Shown here in pieces: positions 1 to 15,004 of a stretch of 64,000 bases of DNA. The position numbers and the translations under genes are program-made. Every line of letters starts with the position of its first letter. Position 1 is the first letter of the stretch. The notes under the pieces are model-generated. The model was not told the DNA's origin, did not search any database, and was given only the letters and a program-made list of their open reading frames with translations. Origin of the DNA: Chrysomallon squamiferum (Eukaryota; Animalia; Mollusca); assembly GCA_012295275.1 (NCBI GenBank), contig CM022671.1, positions 34,844,001-34,908,000 of the forward strand, given 5' to 3'.

Positions 1-1939
1 TAGCAAGCCATAAAAAATGAATATATGCACCAATGTACACAAATGTTGTTTTTGGGGGGGGGGTTTCAAATTTATTTATTGTTATTTTTTTCATATTTCT
101 TCTGTGTAAGTCACTGTAAACACATGTTTATTTTTTTAATTTTTTTTTATATATATATTTTTGCATATTTATATGAAGCCAAACCACTGAAAAATAAAAT
201 TTGGACCTGAAATTTTAATTTACTTTAAAAAAAAAATAATTATTAACTTATATACATTCCTGTGTTCATGGGTTATTGTTAAAAAGATCATTAAAAATAC
301 TGATGTTGTTAATAAACAGTTTCTCAAATTATTCTTACTTGCTTGAATATTCCTGTGTGTAGGCAGTTCAGGAAGGTGTAAAAAGAAAAATTTGACTGTT
401 TAAAATAAACAACAAAATGTTGAATGTATTAAAAGATTTATTTTGTTTATATGTACAGTGAGAATATTGCACGAGATGATACTTCAGAGATATGTTAACA
501 TTCAAACATCAAGTATTGTGACAGAACAGATTAAAAAATTAATAAAGTGGACACCAAACAAGTTAATGTATGCATTAAAGATAACATAATTTATTTGAAT
601 AAAGATTTGCGATTACAAGACATTGTTAAATGTAGTTTCAGATTTAAATTAAATTAAGCTATAGTTCTTAGAGCAACTAATACTAAATAAATTAATTTTT
701 TAAGAATGTTTAAAAAAAGAGTTCCAAATAATATTAATTGAAGTAAAAAAAAAAAAAAAAAAAAAAAAATTTAAATGATTATAACTTGTCCACACAATTT
801 CAATCATTATAATAATTATAATAACAATATCCAATGGGGAAAAAAATTGTAACATTGATAACAACAATGTTGAGAAAATGCCTATGAAAGATATATCAAT
901 AATAATGATGATGGAAACCCAGTGAAATGAAGATAATAACTAAATAACAGAAATAACTGATAAAAGGAAAACTAACACAGTTTTTCATATTGTGCCACCA
1001 TCATTTACCAGAGAGTTGAAAAATAAAATAAAATTCTGCTTAGGTCTAACCATAAATATGTGCAAGTATAAATAATGCATAAATATTACATATTAAATGA
1101 ATACATATATCCTGAATTAAAATCAAAAATATTTAAATGATTAACAACAAGCTGGTGTCCACTTTATAAGCCAAAACACACACACACACACCAGAAACAG
1201 ACCAAAAAAATAATAAACAGGGATTATTTAAAGAGTAATTAACAGTTTGAGAAGCTTTCCTTTCATGCTATTAATTTCCTTCAGTCACAAGAAGATTGAT
1301 CTAACTGCAGTAACTGTGGAATGGTAAGAATTGCTGTACAATGATTACATTGATTATAATTTATACTTTAATTTGTTTCACTTACTTCAGTTTGGTATGT
1401 CATGGTAACTATATTAATTATTTCAAAAATTTATTCCAGATCAGAATGAACTAAACAAATTTATTTAATTTTATAATGTTTTATAATTAACCAGAAAATG
1501 ACAAATATTGTGTGTATCTATACTTAACCTGAATACATAATGTTTCTTCTGTTAATAAAAAACAAAAAAGCAACCAGTGAAGTATCTACATATTTCTGGA
1601 TTCTGTTTCACAGGGATAAAATATATAGGAATTTGTCTTTGATGATGTAGCTATAGCAACTATTAACTGCAATTTATAACAAAAAAATAAGGAGACTTCA
1701 CTATTTGAATTTAATTATTTCACTTGGAAAAAAAAAAGGATTTCAAGCTACAACTTTACACTTATTTAAAATTTTAATTTAATTTAATTTTTACTTGAAA
1801 CATAGAAGGGCAAAAAATTGCAGATCCTATACTACAAAGACACTTCCAGATCTTGAGAATTAAAGCTTGAAAGAAACATTTGGTGATTTAACAACAAAAA
1901 AAAGTTGAGAAACTACAACAAGATAATTCAATCATAAAT

Positions 1940-2240
1940 CTTAAAACAGTCACACAGTACAATATATAGGCAAAATTCATACACTCGTATGACACACAGG
2001 ACAGGCAAAATTCATTCTTAAGTGTTAGAACAATCAAGTGATGCAATACATAGGCAAAAATCATTCTTAAGTTTGTGAACATTCATTCATTCATAACCAA
2101 CTTACAGTACCGCTACACTGGCAAAATTCAGTCTTAAGTGTTGAAACAATCATACAATACAATAAAATAGGCAAAAATTCACTCTTAACAGATTGAACTA
2201 TCATACATTAAGATAGGCAAAAACACTCATAGTAAGTAAT
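1940..2240. repeat. Degenerate ~55-bp minisatellite downstream of the KSR stop (probable 3'UTR)
   Basis: Recurrent core ATAGGCAAAA(A)TTCATTCTTAAGTG, about 6 copies. Confidence 0.7.
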
Positions 2241-4662
2241 GATACACTAAGATATATATATATATTCAAAACTCGTTTAATTCTGAACAGTTTGTACAGT
2301 GCAATATCACACCCTCGTATATACAGATAAAATCACACAGAGGAGGGTTAAGGCAGTATCAGTCTTACAAATGAATATATCAAGCCTGCAATATAAACAT
2401 GATAAAATAACAGTGCACAGCATCACTCTAGTTTCACAGTTTAGAACGGGCAAAACTGATTTTGTGCCTTCATTATTTATTTATGTGTATGCGTTATTTA
2501 ATGTCGAGTATAAAATATGAAAAACTTTATTAAATCACACTTGATCATAACAACTACAAGGTAAAACAAAAAAAAACATTTAAAAAAAATTACTCCAAAA
2601 TAATGCATTATAAAAAAATTTGTAGCTCCTAACAATAAATTGACTGATCTCATATAAGATGCTTATAGAAAAACATTTTAAATGTGAATAAAGTTTTCTT
2701 CAAAACGTATTTTTCATAATTTATAAAGTAAATTATATCCATACATAATTTTATCCTCTTGATGAATTAATTAATTAATACCATAATTTTCACACAAAAA
2801 AAGAAATTATTAAAATTATTTGAAGTAAATCGTACCTTATTTTCTATGCAACTCATTTAGTTTATAACAGGACACAAGATCAATTCCTGACGTTTCTTAG
2901 TGTAAAGAAAGCAGTAACTCTTGGAGTTATTTTCACATCATGTCTGATGATGAAGAAAGTGCAGTTAACTGACCTCAGTGTTATCACAGTTGCAGAGCAA
3001 AGTTCATAATCTTTACCACATACGTGCATTTTTTCAAGACCATATACATAAAAAATGCACCACCTGATCAACATGCATGCATGCACATACACACAACACA
3101 CAGCAAATCTTCATTTTCATACACACACACACATGCATACATAAATGTGCATTTCATTTACAAATCATCTCAACTAAGTATTTCTTAGTCTCAATGAAGT
3201 GATTTACAGAGAAGTGATAAAACACAAAGTGATGTCTACTTTGAAATCTTGCACAAATTCGTCACCATTTCTCCATTAATAGCACCAGACAGAGAACAGA
3301 TCTTAAAGATTTTAAAATGAATCTGTGATGGTGATAAACAAACAGACGAAACACAGAACAGATACATTTTCAGTTACAAGTCTTAGTTTAAAAACCCATG
3401 TTGGACACACTGAAAAAGACATTCAGAATGTATGCCTAAATCAGATGTACTAGCAGTAATGTTTGTGTGTAAACATGTATTATTGGTGTTATGATTAATT
3501 AGTGAATAAGGAAGGACAAAGAACATTTCCCGTACTAAGTCTGTTTCTATTGCAGATATATTCTGATATTCTGGTTTTGGTTATGAAGACGTTCTTAGAT
3601 TAGCCAGTATGTGATTATGTAATTAACATATTCCACTGATAAGAAAACTGTGATGGATATATTAATAATGTTTTATACAGAGAACAATCGTACACAGACT
3701 TCACTTGTTTTCTTATTAATTTTAAAATGATTTATAACAAAAATGAGAATAAATAAATATGACGGATGAATGATGATGTATACTAAATGTCAGTGTGGTT
3801 GCATGACAAAATAACCAGTAGCCGTTTCATAGTTAATTACTCCTCCACATGTATTTCATATTATGTTTTAAAAAATAAGGAAACGTTTGATGACATCAGA
3901 TAATATTTCTGTAAGTTGTTGTTGTTTTTAAAAAAAAAAAAGGTAGGAGACCAAAATATTAAATGAAAATTAAAATTAACTCTTCTATTTCTTCATGCTC
4001 TACAAAAAAAAGGTAAAAAAAAAACAAAAAACAAGCGAACATCACTGCTTAATCTTATGAGTTTGCAGATCAAAAAATTCATTTTTTATTTTTTTTTACA
4101 GCTGAAGATTATATTTAAAAAAAAAAAAAATTAAAAATGTAAAATAACTTAAATCATACTATTTGCTATCATATTTTTTTTCCCATTTTCCTTTTGTTCT
4201 TTTGTTATAATCCTCTATTATTTTTATAAAAAATCAGTTTTTCACCTAATCCCTTCTTCAGATTCTGAATTCACACCACACTGCTGTCTGCAAATGCCTA
4301 AATTCAAATCAGTCACTGGACCAAGAATGGCAATCATTTAAAAATAAATGTCTTGAAATATAAATATCACCACACAGAAAGAATCTGGTTATCACCAAAA
4401 AAAACCATCTATTATAACACTGAGCCTGCCTGCCTTCACTCCAAGCTCTTGAAGTTATTTCAAGCCTATGCCTTCACACATGGCTTAATGCCTTCTCCTC
4501 TGGTTGTCTGTCTGAATGTCTGTCCATCAGCATATCACTCAGTCTTTGCCTAAATGAACTGAACAATGCATTGATGAAAGAGATGAGCACCAATTAGTAG
4601 GCCACAAAAAGAATTGAGATGAAAACAGTTAACTGTTGCTGTAGTTGTTGTTGTTGTTGTTG

Positions 4663-7600
4663 TTACGCATTGAAGATCCCCTCCGTGCTGCGTGACAGCT
4701 GAATGGGATGAGAAGGACTGCGGATCAGTCGGTTTTTCGGAATTCTGTCCAGTGCTTTGGCCACCTGGCTGAAGTCTGGCCGATCATCAGGTTTGAACAC
4801 CCAGCAGGACATCAAAATATCCTATCAAAAAACAAAAACAAAAAATTAAAATTTCTACAACACAGAGCAGGACATGAAAATCTTCTTTAAAAGATCTTTT
4901 TATAATTATTCAAATCATAATTTATGTAAGATTACTAAAAAAATGCACAGAAATAAAACCAATTTGACACAAAAACGTGTGGTGAAGGTAAAAATGACAT
5001 AAACATAAATTAAGATCTAAGTACCTTGACTTCCCTTGGTGCACCCACTGTTGACAGTGATTGTTTCATACCTCGGCCCACCTGCCAGATGATTGTCTCG
5101 GATGGTTGGTTCCGAAATGGCCAATCTCCACACAGCAATTCATACCAGACAGTCCTGTTATTTCAGTAACAATTATTATAATACATAAGTAATATACATC
5201 ACAGCAAAGACAACCTACAACTGTAGTAGATAATATGTATCTTTTCAAGCATACAAACATATTCCCACCTGCACACATGCACACACGCATGCACTCGCAC
5301 TCACACACACACACACAAAGAATGACACTGACTGTATAAAATCAACTGTTCTTACCCAAAGGCATATATATCAGATTTAATTTTAAAATGTAAATTCTTG
5401 TTCTCGTGTTGTCGTGCGTGGAGGACTCGAATTATTTCAGGAGACAGGTAACACAACCATCCAGGTGGAATCCGCAACCAGTCGTCTTTCCTGTTAATTT
5501 TGTAAATCACAGTTAAACAGAGGAAAAGTCTGTAACTAGTAATCATTACTGTTAAAATGTAAGTTTATTTTTATAATTAACAGTTAAAATCAGGTATCTA
5601 GTAGTCAGTAATCTTTCCTGTTAAATGTAAATGTATTTTTATAAATAGTAGTTAAAAACAGGAGGTATCCTTAACAAGTTATTTTTTCTGTTAAATGTAA
5701 ATAACAGTAGTTAAAAACAGGAGCTATCTGCAACTAGTTTTTTTTTTCTGTTAAATGTAAATGTATTTTTATAAATTTTGGTTAAAAACAGGAGATCTCT
5801 TCAACTAGTTTTTTTTTTCTTCTGTCTAATGTAAATTTATTTTTATAAATTTTGGTTAAAAACAGCAGATATCTGCAAACAGTTATTAACATTTATCTTT
5901 TTACTAAAAAATTATAATAAAAATTTCAATGACAAACAAACTATTTTACTTCAATAAATAATCCATGAATGAACGAAAGAATTCAATTTGACCGTTACAT
6001 CATTAACAAACAATGTTACTTATTCTACTGGCTACTTAATGATTACTTTTCAACTGCAAGGAAATTCATATATATAAATTACAAAAATCATCTTTGATAA
6101 TTAATAACCAATAAAGCCTAAAGGAAATATGTCTGTGCTTACTTGTTGCCACGACAGATCTTTGTGATGGTAAACAGTCCAAAGTCGGTGATGACAACTT
6201 TGCCACTGTCCAAGAAAATATTTTTTGTTCTCAGATCTTTGTGGACTATGCCCTTGGCATGCAAGTAGCCCATACCCTGAAATTAGATAAGAAAACTAAA
6301 TGAGGATTATTAAAAAGAAATAGATTCATTAATCAGAAACTAACAATTTTTTTAAAATTTATTATCAAACTTAAAAATACAGTATATGAAGCATACAATT
6401 TATTATTATCAGGATAAAATTAAATTCATCAAGATGGAGTCATTCTTTTTGCATGTAAGTATTAGTTTACAACCACTAAAATTTTGCACTGGGGTGTGGA
6501 ACAGAAAAGAAAAAATCAAATGTAAATGTTTTTGCATTTTTATTATAATTATGATAATAATGCCTTTTTTTTGTATTAAATGTTTTGTTGATAATTTACT
6601 ATTTGTAATAAGAAACAGGGCACGTTTTAATGACTATTACAACTTGCTGTATGTGGTATTTAGTATTTTTAATATAATTCAGTCACCTTCAACAAGTATG
6701 TACAACAGACACCTACTAAGAAAACTGTTTAAAGCAATTACTTACTACGTGAATGCTACAAGTCAAAATTGTCATTCTCATAAAGAAAACACTCCAGACA
6801 TCAGTAATTTATTTTACTTAGATAAATTTCGTGGATATGTATTGTTTTAGCTAGAATGTATTTTTATTCTTATTATTAAACGAGAACAATAAAATGCAAT
6901 CTAAAATAATAAAGGACATTTAACAGGTAAAAAAAACTCACCTGTGCTATTTGAGATGCAACTATCATGGCTCGGTTTAATTTGAATTGTTCTTTCTTTT
7001 CATGAATAATACTGTACAACGTTTCACCTTTACAAAAACTGTCAAAACAAGAAATAGAAATAAACGTTTACATAAAACATTAAATCACAATTCAATTCAG
7101 TTACTGTAGCTACAATTTTTTTCAACTAAACTGTTACGGAAAATACAGTCAATATTCATTTCAATTATTGAACCCATCAGTTTTTTCAAATACAAACAAT
7201 TATTCTTTTAAAGAAAACATTTAATTTAAATTTGTGTTTTTACAATTAATTTAAAGATCTTTTTAATTAATATATATATTTTAATTTGGTAAGAATATAA
7301 AAATGTTTTTTATAAATAAATTGATAGATCATTTTATCTGACTGTATGTGAACTAACAATAAGAAATATGAATAAATTACATATTAAAAGAAACTGACAA
7401 TGTAGTCATTGATCCTTATGTTCAGCTTTTATAAAATATTTTTGTTTTGTTCTCGAGCAGAATCTTTATCACAAAAAATTAAATTACATTTTTAAACTGT
7501 TCATTTTTCTTGGATTCAAAATGAAAACATTAACAAAATGTGTTACCTTGTGACTATGGCTAATCTTGGTATTTTCATACAGGCTCCCATAAACAACACT

Positions 7601-9055
7601 AGATTTTCATGTCTTGTTTTTCTTAGTAAAGCAATCTGCAAAAAAAACAACAAAAAAAACAATAAAAAAACTTGTTAAAGAAGTTGATGAAAATATTTAA
7701 TTCTCCATTTTACTTTTTATTCCCCTCACAGTCAATATCCTGAAAATACATCAGTATGTGACTGCTTACTTTCTTCACATTTTGGATTGAGAAATCTTGA
7801 TAAAATATTCTCAAGTCATGAGCTGTACAATGTGACTGATCTTTCTAATTTGTATTATTTTGTCACTGTTATCGGAACCCTCGGAATCCAGATCTTACCT
7901 CTAGCTTGCCACTTGTAACTTGTAACCTCAAGTGTGAACATGTAATTTGAACATCAAGGATATCTTACCTCTAGTTTGAACCTGTAACTTAGATCTTAAG
8001 ACTATCTTACCTCTCATCTGAACCTGTAACTTGAATATTAAGGATATTTTACCTCAAGTTTGAACCTGTAATTTAGATTTTACGGATATCTTACCTCTCA
8101 TCTGAACCTGTAACTTGGATATTAAGGATATCTTACCTCTAGTCTGAACCTATAACTTAGATCTTAAGGATATCTTACCTCTAGTCTGAACCTGTAACTT
8201 GGATGAATATTAAGGATATCTTAACTCTAATCTGAACCTACATGTGGATATTCAGGATGTCTTACCTCTGATCTGAACCTACACTTGGATATTAAGGATA
8301 TCTTACTTCTAATCTGAACCTGTGGCTTGCATATTAAAGATATCATCTTACCTCCAGTTTAAAAGCTGTTAGCTGATCCTGGTTCTCTGAATCACTCAAG
8401 TTGTCCATGTCCAAAACTTTTATAGCAACATGGCCATGCCAATGACCTCTGTAAATTGACAAAATACAGTTATTATTATTACTTTATTTTTTATTTTCAA
8501 TCATCCTAACATTCACAGAACTTCCAATTTAAAACACCATTAAAAACAGTAATGAAATGCACCATACTTATACTTAACCTACATTTTTTTTTTAAACACT
8601 TGTAATTGTTATTGGGTTTTTGTGTTTGTTTTGCTTCTTTGTTGATTCTTTAGGGGTTATTATATTTTCTGGGGGGTGGTGATTGTTGTTGTTTTTATTA
8701 TTATTTTGTGTGTGTTTGTTTTCTGGTTAAACTGGAAACCATCCTTTAGTAATAATAAGGCTGACACAGCTTAAGTAGTCTACAGTTATTTTTACAAACA
8801 GAAGAGTAAAAATCATGTCCACAGTGATTATTTATGTATGCTGCAATTTGTTCTTTCTTCCCAAGTATTTTAAAGTAGAAGCTGTACTCGTGTCCTTGAA
8901 TTAATATTTTTTAAATAATAAATAATTTAAGAAACATTTTCATATATTTATTTTAATGGGGTTTTTTATTTAGTTATTTTGTTACATATTTTTATTAATA
9001 TTTATTTATTTTTTTTTTTTTTTTTTTTTCGTTTCTTTTGTTAGGGTAATTTTTA

Positions 9056-9088
<33 letters not shown>

Positions 9089-9507
9089 GTTGTTGTTTGT
9101 TTTAAATTTTAGTGGTTTTTTCATACTTACTTGTAAACAACTCCACTTCTTCCTTTGCCAATAGCATCACCAATTTGTAAGTCTTCATAGGGAATGTCCC
9201 ACTCTTTCATCGTAACAGACAACTACACACAAAATATTATCAATGTAATACAAGAAAAATTAACAGGACTTAAAAAACAAATTTAAATATATTTATTATT
9301 AAGTTAAACTTCTCCCCACTTTTTTTTTTTTTTTTTTTTTTTTGATTATTATAACATTTTTTGAAAGAACAAAAACGATATATAAAACATTTTAAATACA
9401 TATATTACTAACATTTATTTTTCCTTTTTTCATTATTAATATGTTTTAAAATGAATAACAATAACTGATATTGTCTAATTCTTAAGAAATATTTTAATAA
9501 CCTTTAA

Positions 9508-9538
<31 letters not shown>

Positions 9539-12500
9539 CTTTGTTATTTTAAATAAAAAAACGAAATAAAAAATGCTGGTTAATGAGAAATGTCAAAGCA
9601 GCTATTTCTGTAAATTAATGTTACATAAAGTAAGATCTGTTACTTACACTGTTCTGTCGATTCCAGCTTGAACCAAGCGGATCATCCTGACTGTCAACAG
9701 AATCAACTCGATCCAGCAGAATCTTGTCTGAAGTATTACTCTGTAAAAATAAATAAAATTGTAACACACAGACAGATCAGAAATGTAGATAACCTATCAG
9801 ATATACTATCAACAGAACTGACACAAACAAGCAGAATCTTGTCTGAAGTACTACTCTGTAAAAATAAATAAAACTGTGAGACACAGACAGATCAGAAATG
9901 TGATAGCAAATCAGATACACAACAGAATTGACACAAACAAGAAGAATTTTGTCTAAACAATTTCTCAGTTAAAAATGAATCAAATTAAATATGCTTAAAG
10001 ATCAGAAATGAAGATAACCTATCAGATATACTGTCAACAGAATTGACACAAACAAGCAGAATTTTGTCTAAACTATTTCTCAGTTAAAAATTAATCAAAT
10101 TAAATATGCAGAGAGATCAGAAATGTAGATAACAAATCAGATCAACTGACTGTCAGCAGAATCAAGATGATAAAGCAGAATACTGTCTACATTATTTCTC
10201 TGTTAATATCTTTTTTATTTTAAATTACAAATCAAATATAAAAACTGATTTCTACTTTTCTCCAAATAAATATTTCATGAAATGGAGGTGTATACTCACA
10301 TCTACAAGAGTTTTATCACTGTCATTGGAAGTATTTGTATTGACAACATCTCTGAAATGAAAATTCAAAATAACATCTTAATATCAAAAGTATTATAATA
10401 TAAATAAATAAATATACAAAAAGTACAAAATACATTTTGATGAAGACAAAACATATCCACAAAATGTATTTTATAAATCAAAAAATATTTAAAAACTTAT
10501 TTAATTTAAAATTATTTGATGTCAGTAATGCTTTTGCAAGAAAAGATCTACTAGTTAAATGATAAACCATAAAACAACATCGCCATTAAAACAGCAACCA
10601 AGAAGAATTAGAACTGTTTTAATATTTGTTTATTATTTAAACTATAAATAATTAACAGAATAAATTAACATTATTATTAAAATAAAAAAAACAGTAATAA
10701 TAAATATTACAAAACTTACATATCATGGTTATTGTGACTATCCTTTAACACAAAATCATCAGGTAAAGTAGATATATTCTTATCAGCAGGCACATCTGTT
10801 AAAAATACAGTAAGTAAAATAAACAAAAACAACAAACAGTCACAGATAATAAGAATTTAGCTATAAATGTTTATGTAATCAAGCAATTTTATTATCATAA
10901 ATAAAACATAAAGTAAATATCTGGGGTTTAATGGTGATATATAATATGATACGAAAAATCACTGAAACTAGAAACAGGTAAATAAAAAGCATTTATATAA
11001 TTATTATAAAAATAAATTCGGTCTGTGGATGAACATTGTCAACATTGAGACTAAATATATTTTCAATACTGCAAACACAAAGTAACTGTTGACAACATGA
11101 TCCAAATATTTTACCATAAGTGCCATGAAGATTTTATTTGGTAATATAATAGTGTTTACAGTTTTATATTCACTGAATTCAATATTTCATAGCATGCCAT
11201 TATTCAGAAAAAAAAAAAAAAAAAAATTATTAAGGATTTGAGATACAGAATACATACAAATAATCAAAGGTGAGGTTTTTAAATTTCTCAATGCAAACCT
11301 GAGTTAGGACCAGGAGGAAACTGAAACTGTATCATCTGTGACGGCGCAGGTGATGGTGACGTCAGCGTGCCAGACGAGATGTGGAGTGCAGGGGATGACG
11401 GTGTAGATGAGTTGCACGATGACGTAGAGCTGGAATCGTGAATGTGTCCTCCCAGAAACACAGGCATCGAAATAACTGGCTTCAAACCTGAGTCGTCTCG
11501 ACTCATAGCTCTTCTGTCAGGGAGAGGTGATTCTGAAAATTACATAAAACCTTCATTAATATGAAGATTCAATAAATCTAGACTTGTTGCTCTTCTGTAC
11601 AAACAGTCTGTTATAATCAGAAATAAAAAGGCTTTAAACTAAAATCCCTTCGTAATTATACAATAACAACGAAAACAAGTCTAAAACTATCTAAATGTAT
11701 TTTATTACCAGCAGTTTAACAAGATATTTAACACTGTTAAAGATGGTTTACTTGTGTGTTAACAAAAACTCACCTGACCAGTTTAAAACAGCAACTAAAT
11801 ATCTTTTATTAACACCAGTTTTAGGTAAAACTTTAGGTAAAACTCAGTTTTAACACTGTTAAAGATGTATGTTAACAAAGACTCACCTGACCAGTTTAAA
11901 ACAGCGTCTACATAATCATCAGAAAGCCCACAGGTTGGGGGAGCCCGACTTGCACAGTCTCTATGAAACTTTTTTCTGAAAATCACATCAATATGATTAA
12001 CTACTGTAATCAAACAGTAAATGAAACCAAATTCAAATATATATAATCATAAGTAGCCAAACAATCTATACATTCACATATCCAGAATCTGCACAGGAAT
12101 TAAATGTACGTATTTAAACATTTATATGTTTAAATTTATATGTAACTTGCATAACTATGTTTACGTAAATAATTTTATATACACTTTGACATTCACAATC
12201 AAAATATATTCAGAAAAAAAATGGCTCCCTATTATAATCAACAGTTATTAACATAAATACAAAAAGACAATAGTGTCACTATACCCAAGAGAATTATTTT
12301 AAAAATTCTATATATTATTTTTGGTATTGTCTAAAATGTATTTGTGACAGCAAGTCAAGATATTTATACATATTACTGTGCTACATTTGTTGCATTAACA
12401 TCTGTATCAATGATAAATACACAATTTCTTTCAACTCATTTTTTTTTCTCTCTCCTCTCCTTTCTATCCTATTTCTCTCATTCTTTCTTTCTCTCCTTTC

Positions 12501-13801
12501 TTTTTTGCCCTTTTTTCTGCCTCCGGGGCTGCCCCCCACCCATCTCTCTCTCTCTCTTTCTTTCTCTCTGCAAAAACTACAGATACAGAAACAAACACAG
12601 GATACCTCTCTCTCATTTTACTCCTTCATGTGGCCATCACCATTATCACACACTTATTTTTTCTCTCTGTCTCACACACATACAACATAAATTAATCATA
12701 TTAACAACCAATTTACTGTATTTCTAAAAAAAAAAAAAATGCCAACCACTTCACAACAAAGAGTGCAGTAACAAAAATTACAATTATAAGACAATAACAA
12801 AATTAAAAACAGCACAACCATACTCACTTGCAAAACTTACAGACTTTTCCTAGAATGACCATGTTGGAACAAATATCACAGGGTGCAAACACAAAACTTG
12901 TAGCAAATCTAAAGAAATCAAAAATATGACAACGTAATAGTTACGAACAACACAAAGAATAACAGCGCTGCAGTTTCAGTGTCCAAGATGACATCCAAAA
13001 AAAAAAAAGAAGTGTTTTGTTGTTTTTACAGCTGCAGGAAACTTTTTTTTATCTTTTTCAAAATACTTTTTCTAAAGTTCAATAATGAAAAAGGGAAGAG
13101 GGAAAAAAGGGAAATGAAATACTGCAATAATTATTTTCATAAAGATGCAGGTTAAAAATGACATGATTTTTATTATGATAATTTTGTATGTGAAAATGTA
13201 CCTGTAGGTAGGCTCAGTATATATGAGCTTTTTTCAAGTTATAGCATTAAATTAAATAGTCTTTTCAAGACATTTGTCATTCATTATTTTAATTTAATAT
13301 CTGAAATTACTAATATTAAGAAAAATATTAAGAAAAGAAAAAACAACAAAGAGAAAAAAAAGAACTTTTTTAAAGTTTTACTCGCCACCCCATTAAATAC
13401 AATTCCATTTAAACAAATTTCCTTTATATTCTTGGGATTCAACAAAAAGACAAAACATTATTGTTTTATGTTTGTAAGTTGGGTTTTAACTAAAGGCTCA
13501 ATTTTTGTCAGTACCTTGAACACAGGAATCTGAACTGAAAAAGGACAATAATAAGCAAATGACCAAACTCAAAAATACTGCTGCAATACAATGGACAATA
13601 CAGTACTGAAAAAACTGTACAATATTAAAAAGTAAAAAAAAAAAAAATGTCTTTTTATTACAAAAGTCTCCTCTGAAAACTGTTGCTGTCAGAATAATTG
13701 TCTTGCTTCAAACTGAGAATACATATATAATAATAGTCTAATCATGATATCTGTGTGTGTGTGTGTGTGTGTAAACACTTGAAAAATCACACATGTATGT
13801 G

Positions 13802-13833
<32 letters not shown>

Positions 13834-14699
13834 ATTTTTTAAATATTTATTTTTTAACAAAAAAAGAAAAGAAAAGAAACATTATCATTTCTAAAGTGTT
13901 ATGTCCCCCAAACAACAACAAAATAATGGATAATGCAACAGGTGATCAAAGGAGATGACAAATAAGTTGACAACAGTGAACACTGACAGACAGACAGACA
14001 GACAGTAGGACAGACTGTCCATGTCTTACTTGCAGTCCTTGCACTTATAGCCAAGAAACATCTGTTTGTGACATACATCACAGGTGGTTATCTTAAATGT
14101 GTTAGTGAACCTTCAATGAAAACAGCATCATGACAGACTTAGTGTCCTTTCACAAAGTAAACCAGTAGCAAAACTTTTAAAATGTTTATTAATGTTTTCT
14201 AATAATTCAGAGATAAAATTATATTACTACATACATGCAGGTGTATCTGTGTATTATATATATAAGTTTGGGGTTTTATTTTTGTTTATTACTGGGAGAT
14301 TTACTTTGTTTGTTTGTTGATTTCTTTTAAATGCAACTATCAACACAAATATAATATAAATCAAGTAGTAGAATTACAGTTGAAAATTTTTTTAAAAATC
14401 AAAAAATAATAAATAAAAAAGATATATTTACTACCAATAAAAGTCTAAATCCAGATATCCATATAAATTATGAGACTACAGGCTAGAACATAAAACATTC
14501 CAGTGATCAACTTTCAGAGACATTTCTCAGGATCAAATTACACAAGTTTCCACCAGATTCATTTAATAAGAAGTTACAGTATTTCAAACATTTAAGAAGC
14601 AAAAATGCAGTTGTTTTGTATGAGGGTGGGTTTAATAAAGAAAATTAAAAATTTACATTAAGATAAAAAATAACAACATGATAATGAGAAATTCTATGG

Positions 14700-14757
<58 letters not shown>

Positions 14758-14971
14758 AAGATTTACTGAAAAGATGGTTATATATAATTATCTAGCTGAT
14801 GTTACATACACAACACTTGGAAAGCTAAAAAAATATTTAAAACAGATAAAAAAAAAAGGCTTACCGGTGACTGATCTGATGCAACATTTTCGGTCCTATA
14901 GTCAAAGGAGTCTTAGGAGATTTCGGTACAGTCAAGGTATCTAGACAAACAAAATAAACATTGTTAAATTT

Positions 14972-15004
<33 letters not shown>

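Noticed and set aside
6386-6850. 154-aa plus-strand ORF inside a KSR intron
   Set aside because: AT-rich, F/I/K/N-biased composition with no motif, typical of a chance ORF.
7890-8350. CRISPR-like array
   Set aside because: Contiguous tandem units without unique spacers, no cas genes, and a eukaryotic intron context.
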